Shown: positions 59,799-64,000 of the stretch, one piece after another
Position numbering within the stretch: position 1 is the first letter of the stretch
How the letters are laid out: the number at the start of each line of letters is the position of its first letter
Source: an uncultured Acidobacteriota bacterium
Lineage (GTDB): Bacteria > Acidobacteriota > UBA6911 > RPQK01 > JAPXNP01
DNA: 64,000 nt
Direction of reading: 5' to 3'
Assembly: GCA_963777605.1 (NCBI GenBank)
Contig: CAVZRV010000010.1
Coordinates: 64,001-128,000 of the forward strand
The notes under the pieces: model-generated
What the model saw: only the letters and a program-made list of their open reading frames with translations
Database searches by the model: none
Told to the model about the DNA's origin: nothing
Made by a program: the position numbers and the translations under genes

Positions 59799-59943
59799 TT
59801 AATCTCCGAAAATCACCTTTCGTCGGCACTTCGGGATGAACACCACGTGATACTTACACTCCCAGTTCGTGTGCTGTAGACTGCTGTAGTTCGTCATTGA
59901 ACTCCCTTTCGTGCGGCTTTGGTCGGCTCACGAAGGGGAGTTC
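59799..59943 (-). mobile_element. tnpA: IS200/IS605 remnant: left-end hairpin and truncated tnpA
   Basis: 59897-59799 encodes MTNYSSLQHTNWECKYHVVFIPKCRRKVIFGD*; a 15-bp-arm hairpin at 59899-59943 covers the RBS. Confidence 0.88.
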
Positions 59944-60023
59944 TCAATCAGATTTCCGCAGTTGTAAGAGTGAGACATCGGTTCCTCGACCCTGGATTAA
60001 CGGATTGGATCAGCGAAACCCAT

Positions 60024-60131
60024 GCCGTCCCGCCGAAGCGGGACTCAACGCAGAGGCGGTCGGTGATCCCAGGATTTCGCCTGCGGCTCATCCTGGGCTA
60101 CATACATTCCGCCCCGCTCGAAGCGGGGCTC
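60024..60131. repeat. REP-like triple-hairpin element
   Basis: GTCCCGC-CGAA-GCGGGAC, CCCAGGAT...ATCCTGGG and GCCCCGCT-CGA-AGCGGGGC. Confidence 0.65.
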
Positions 60132-60272
60132 AAAGCAGCTTACCGCCGAACCGGAGACAAACAACTTCGTCCAGGAACTTGAGGCCTTCTCGCCGATCCC
60201 CCAGTATTTGTCGGCATCCGGGTTTCCCTGAGCACCCGGATTCAGGGATACTGACCTTTCGGGAGCTACCGG

Positions 60273-60947
60273 GTGGAGAGAGGAACAGCAAACGAGGTCA
60301 GGAGAATCCAGACCGACGCCGATCTGGCCGAGGCCCTTTCGGTCCTGGACGAGGTCTACCGGCGGGAACAGGGCTGGGTTGCGGACGCAGGGAAGCTCCT
60401 GTCCGTCGAGGCGCTCTCTCCCGGGCGGGGGGCCTGGTATGTCGCGGTTCGGGACGGCCGGGGCGTCGGAGTGGTCCGGTTACTGTTCGATCTGCCGCTG
60501 GATCGTTGGCGGGAATACCCCCTGGCCGGGTTAGTGGAGTGGTCTCAACTGGAGGCGCTCGTGGCGGCCGGCCGGATCGCCGAACTCGGGAGGTTCGCGG
60601 TGCGGCCGGCATTCAGGCGGCATTCCGGGGTCGCCGTCTCGCTCCTGAGGGAAGCTTTGACTGAGGTGGTGCGACGGGGCGGCACGCACTTGCTCACCGA
60701 CGTTTTCGAGGGTGGCGCACACAACCCGCTCCGATTTCTTCTCAAGGTGGCAGGATTCGCCCCGGTAGCCCGGCACCAGTCGGGAGAACTGTCCTGCTCT
60801 CATCCTCGCGTGGCACTGATCATGGACCTGGTGGCCGCCTACGGCCGGGTGCGGAAAGACAATCCGGCACTCTTCCGAATGTTCACAAGAATGTGGACTG
60901 CGGAGCTTCATGCCAGTATGCTAGAGAGCGCCCGGGAGACCGAATAG
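60273..60947 (+). CDS. GNAT-fold acyltransferase (N-acyl amino acid synthase/AHL-synthase-like)
   Basis: EVYRREQGW, GVGVVRL, AELGRFAVRPAFR. Confidence 0.7.
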   Translation: MERGTANEVRRIQTDADLAEALSVLDEVYRREQGWVADAGKLLSVEALSPGRGAWYVAVRDGRGVGVVRLLFDLPLDRWREYPLAGLVEWSQLEALVAAGRIAELGRFAVRPAFRRHSGVAVSLLREALTEVVRRGGTHLLTDVFEGGAHNPLRFLLKVAGFAPVARHQSGELSCSHPRVALIMDLVAAYGRVRKDNPALFRMFTRMWTAELHASMLESARETE

Positions 60948-60980
60948 GCTGTCCTTTCGGGATGACGAGAGGATAATCGC

Positions 60981-63900
60981 ATGGAACTGCGCCTTCTCCG
61001 CTTCCGCAACCGCCCGATCATCAACCGGTTTCGACTAACCTACCTCGTCGCCGCCACCTTCTGCGTTTTGGCGTCGACTGGTGTGCCCATCCCGGGAGCA
61101 TCGACTCCGGCCGGGCCCTGGCGATCGGACCTCCTGCGTCAGCCCCCGGCTTTCGAGCTGAACCGGGGACTGGCTGACTCCTCCGTCCGCTACATACTGC
61201 GGACCGGTGCCCAGTTGGTGGCACTGGAAGAGCGCGGCTTCTCGGTCTACCTGGCGGGCGGCCCTTCCGGCTCCACTCCGGTTCGTTTTCGCTTTGAGGG
61301 CACCCTTCCCGGGGCACGTCTCGTCGGTGAGAGCACTGCTGAAGGCGTGACCAACGTCCTGGCGGGCGCCGATGGCGGAACCTGGCAAACGGGAATTCCC
61401 CGCTTCAATTCGGTCCTGTACCAGGGGCTCCTACCTGGCGCAGAGATTCGTTTTCGAACCGGAAGCCGCAGCGTGGCCTTCGACTTTCTAATGAAAGCGG
61501 GCGCCGACCCAAAAGCTGCCCGCCTTCGAGTGGAGGGAGCAAGGCGCCTCACTCTGCGCGCCGACGGCGCTCTGGAAGTCGAATCCCTGTCGGGCCGGTT
61601 TTCGCTTCTCAAGCCGACGGTTTTTCAGGAGGAAAAAGGCAAGAGAACCGATGTCCCGGGAGAGTTCGTGCTTCTCTCGGAGAACCGGGTGGGATTTCGA
61701 CTGGGGGAATACGACCGGGCGGCGCCGCTGGTCATCGACCCGACCCTGGATTTCTCGACTCAGTTTGGAGGCGGCAGTTACGAGTATGTTAAGGCGATTG
61801 CCGTTGACGCCTCCGGAATCTATTTGGCCGGCACCACTCGTTCCTGGGACTTCCCGGTCCTGAACCCGGTCCACGGATTCAACTCCGGCGGAACGGCCAA
61901 CCGGACCGACGCTTTCGTCACCAAGTTGACTCCTGACGGACGCTCCCTGGTCTATTCCACCTATCTCGGGGGATCCGACACCGACGAGGGACTGGCCATG
62001 GCGGTTGGCTCCGGCGGCGAGGTCTGGGTTGCCGGAAAGACCCGCTCCGAGAACTTTCCGACGCAGGCACCCTTTCAGGGGGCACTGAAGACCGCCGGGA
62101 AGGAAGACGGCTTTCTGGCCAAACTTCGTTCCGACGGTCGGGCCCTGCTATTTTCAACCTACCTGGGGGGCGACGAAACCGACGACATTCGAGCCATCGC
62201 ACTCGACGGGCAGAATAATCTCTTCGCCACCGGAATGACCCGCTCCGCCAACTTCCCCCTGGTGGGCGCCTGGCAGAGCACTTACGTAGACGCCTCCAAC
62301 GCCTGGACCGAGGGTAACGCCTTCGTCTGCAAATTCCCGGCCGCCGGAGGCGCTCCGGCCTTCTCCACCTACCTCGGCGGAGACGATGGGGAAATCGGCT
62401 GGGCCATCGACGTCGATGCCAACGGGGCGGTGATCGTGGCCGGGCAGACCTGGTCGCTTGATTTCCCGCTGGTGGCGGCGCTTCAGGACCGAAAGGGGGA
62501 CGGCGGACGGGTCAGCCCCGACGCATTCATCGCCAAGTTCCCTTCCAACGGCGCGGCGCCTCTCTTCTCCACCTACCTCGGGGGAAGTTTCACCGATGCG
62601 ATCTACGCCCTGACGGTCGACACCCAGGGGAACATCTACGTCACCGGGGAAACCGCTTCGACGAATTTCCCCGTCAAGAACGCATTCCAGGCCAAATACA
62701 CCGGCCCCTACACCGATGCCTTTCTCGCCAAAGTCCCTTCGAACGGTTCCTCTCTGACCTTCTCCACCTACCTGGGCGGAGACACAACCGACGAGACCGC
62801 GCGAGCCATCGCGGTGGACGGCCAGGGTGGAGTCTACGTTGCGGGTGACCTCACCCTGGTCTCGAATTATGAGGACGAGGGAAGCCTGAGAATGCACCGA
62901 AAAGGAAGCTTTCCGCTGGCCGACCCGCTCCAAAGCAACATGGCCGGGACCTCGATCGGGGCCGATAGCGCCGCCCGGTTCATCGCCACCGACGGTTTTA
63001 TTTCCCGGTTCAACGCCTCCGGCGATCGGCTGACCTTCTCCACCTACCTGGGTGGTTCCAGCGCCGACTACTTCAGAAGTGTTGCCCTGAGTTCGAACTT
63101 CGCCTATCTCTACGTCGCCGGAGACACGCAATCGACCGATTTTCCCAGCACCGGGCCTCCTGACCTGCAGGGGCCTGCACCGGAGGGCTTCGTGGCTCGA
63201 ATCGCGACCGCCCCGGGGCCGGGAGGAATGCTGGGGCCCCCGGGAGGCGCCGATTGGACGCGCTTCATCCTGGTCGACACCAACGGCAATCAGAAGCCCG
63301 ATTCCGGGGATGAACGTCTCTATTCCTCCCGGGATGGGTCGCGGGCGCAGTTCGCCAGTCCGATCTGGCCAAAGGCCTCCCAAGCTGGAACAGTGGAACT
63401 TTCCAACCCCCACCCGGTGACCGGGAAATTTCAGACCTTCACTTCTGAATACCGTTCCATCGCCGGGTCGGACGCCTCTGCTTCGGCCGCCCCCCAGAGC
63501 GGGCCGTCCCCCGCGACCTTCAACAAGGGGGAGAACCTGCTTCGGATCGTCGGCAGTGTGGCGGGCTACGACGCTGACCTGCGACCTGAACGCTTCAGCG
63601 TAATCATCGACCGGATCTCCAGCACCGGCGAAGAGGACCACTACTCAGGAATCCTCAGCGCTCTGGACGTGAACGAGGACGGCGTCTTTGACAAAGGCCA
63701 CGTGGACAGTGATTCCATCAGCATCACTTCCATGGGGCCGCTGGTCCAACTCGGAGCCGGACTGCTGAATCTCTTTCCCTCCGCCATGTCGTTGGACGTC
63801 CCCTTTCAGCGCTTCGACGTCAACGGCGACGCGAAAGACGACTACATCGGAATCGACTGGACCAACGTCTCCTCAACCCTGGCGGCCCTGGGGTTCTTCG

Positions 63901-64000
63901 GCGACTTCACCCGCCGGGTGTTCATTCCTCTCGGGGACACCAACGGCGACGGCATCGCCGATTCCCTGGCGGCGGACTTCAACAGCGACGGCGTTCCCGA
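60981..64000 (+). CDS. secreted SBBP beta-propeller repeat protein (truncated by the window edge)
   Basis: Open frame from ATG 60981: FELNRG, GEYDRAAPLVIDP, repeated DAFVTKL...YSTYLGG...IAVD...G.T.S.DFP; later Dx[DN]xDG motifs. Absent from the ORF track because there is no stop codon in the window. Confidence 0.88.
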   Translation, partial: MELRLLRFRNRPIINRFRLTYLVAATFCVLASTGVPIPGASTPAGPWRSDLLRQPPAFELNRGLADSSVRYILRTGAQLVALEERGFSVYLAGGPSGSTPVRFRFEGTLPGARLVGESTAEGVTNVLAGADGGTWQTGIPRFNSVLYQGLLPGAEIRFRTGSRSVAFDFLMKAGADPKAARLRVEGARRLTLRADGALEVESLSGRFSLLKPTVFQEEKGKRTDVPGEFVLLSENRVGFRLGEYDRAAPLVIDPTLDFSTQFGGGSYEYVKAIAVDASGIYLAGTTRSWDFPVLNPVHGFNSGGTANRTDAFVTKLTPDGRSLVYSTYLGGSDTDEGLAMAVGSGGEVWVAGKTRSENFPTQAPFQGALKTAGKEDGFLAKLRSDGRALLFSTYLGGDETDDIRAIALDGQNNLFATGMTRSANFPLVGAWQSTYVDASNAWTEGNAFVCKFPAAGGAPAFSTYLGGDDGEIGWAIDVDANGAVIVAGQTWSLDFPLVAALQDRKGDGGRVSPDAFIAKFPSNGAAPLFSTYLGGSFTDAIYALTVDTQGNIYVTGETASTNFPVKNAFQAKYTGPYTDAFLAKVPSNGSSLTFSTYLGGDTTDETARAIAVDGQGGVYVAGDLTLVSNYEDEGSLRMHRKGSFPLADPLQSNMAGTSIGADSAARFIATDGFISRFNASGDRLTFSTYLGGSSADYFRSVALSSNFAYLYVAGDTQSTDFPSTGPPDLQGPAPEGFVARIATAPGPGGMLGPPGGADWTRFILVDTNGNQKPDSGDERLYSSRDGSRAQFASPIWPKASQAGTVELSNPHPVTGKFQTFTSEYRSIAGSDASASAAPQSGPSPATFNKGENLLRIVGSVAGYDADLRPERFSVIIDRISSTGEEDHYSGILSALDVNEDGVFDKGHVDSDSISITSMGPLVQLGAGLLNLFPSAMSLDVPFQRFDVNGDAKDDYIGIDWTNVSSTLAALGFFGDFTRRVFIPLGDTNGDGIADSLAADFNSDGVP

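Noticed and set aside
62154-63641. 495 aa minus-strand ORF
   Set aside because: Antisense shadow of the plus-strand SBBP gene, which carries clear repeats
1-64000. CRISPR array, tRNA, rRNA, prophage or anti-phage defence genes
   Set aside because: None recognised by eye; the encapsulin has an HK97-like fold but no accompanying phage genes

Overview
GC-rich bacterial chromosome segment. The lineage is probably Acidobacteriota, inferred from the guaA-dnaE-accA order and the DUF5666, SBBP and 'LPHIANG' secreted proteins. Left to right it holds: (1) a CHASE2 histidine kinase, a sigma54 response regulator, a five-repeat DUF5666 protein and a FecR/beta-barrel fusion, a candidate trans-envelope signalling module; (2) a housekeeping block (uppP, guaA, dnaE, accA, Mut7-C, aspS, mutL); (3) metabolic and stress genes, including a beta-PGM/trehalose-6-phosphate phosphatase/GH65 triple fusion; (4) an encapsulated ferritin plus family 1 encapsulin; (5) a HAMP kinase/sigma54 regulator divergent from degP, which has a consensus sigma54 promoter and is followed by a decayed inverted copy of the kinase; (6) GH29 and a pfkB-agaS-gatZ-GH36 operon with no aldolase, PTS or deacetylase; (7) a degraded accessory segment (alpha/beta hydrolase fragment, IS200 tnpA remnant, REP-like hairpins); (8) a GNAT acyltransferase and an SBBP-repeat protein that runs off the right edge. 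I recognised no rRNA, tRNA or CRISPR array. All family calls come from reading motifs by eye; no searches were run.
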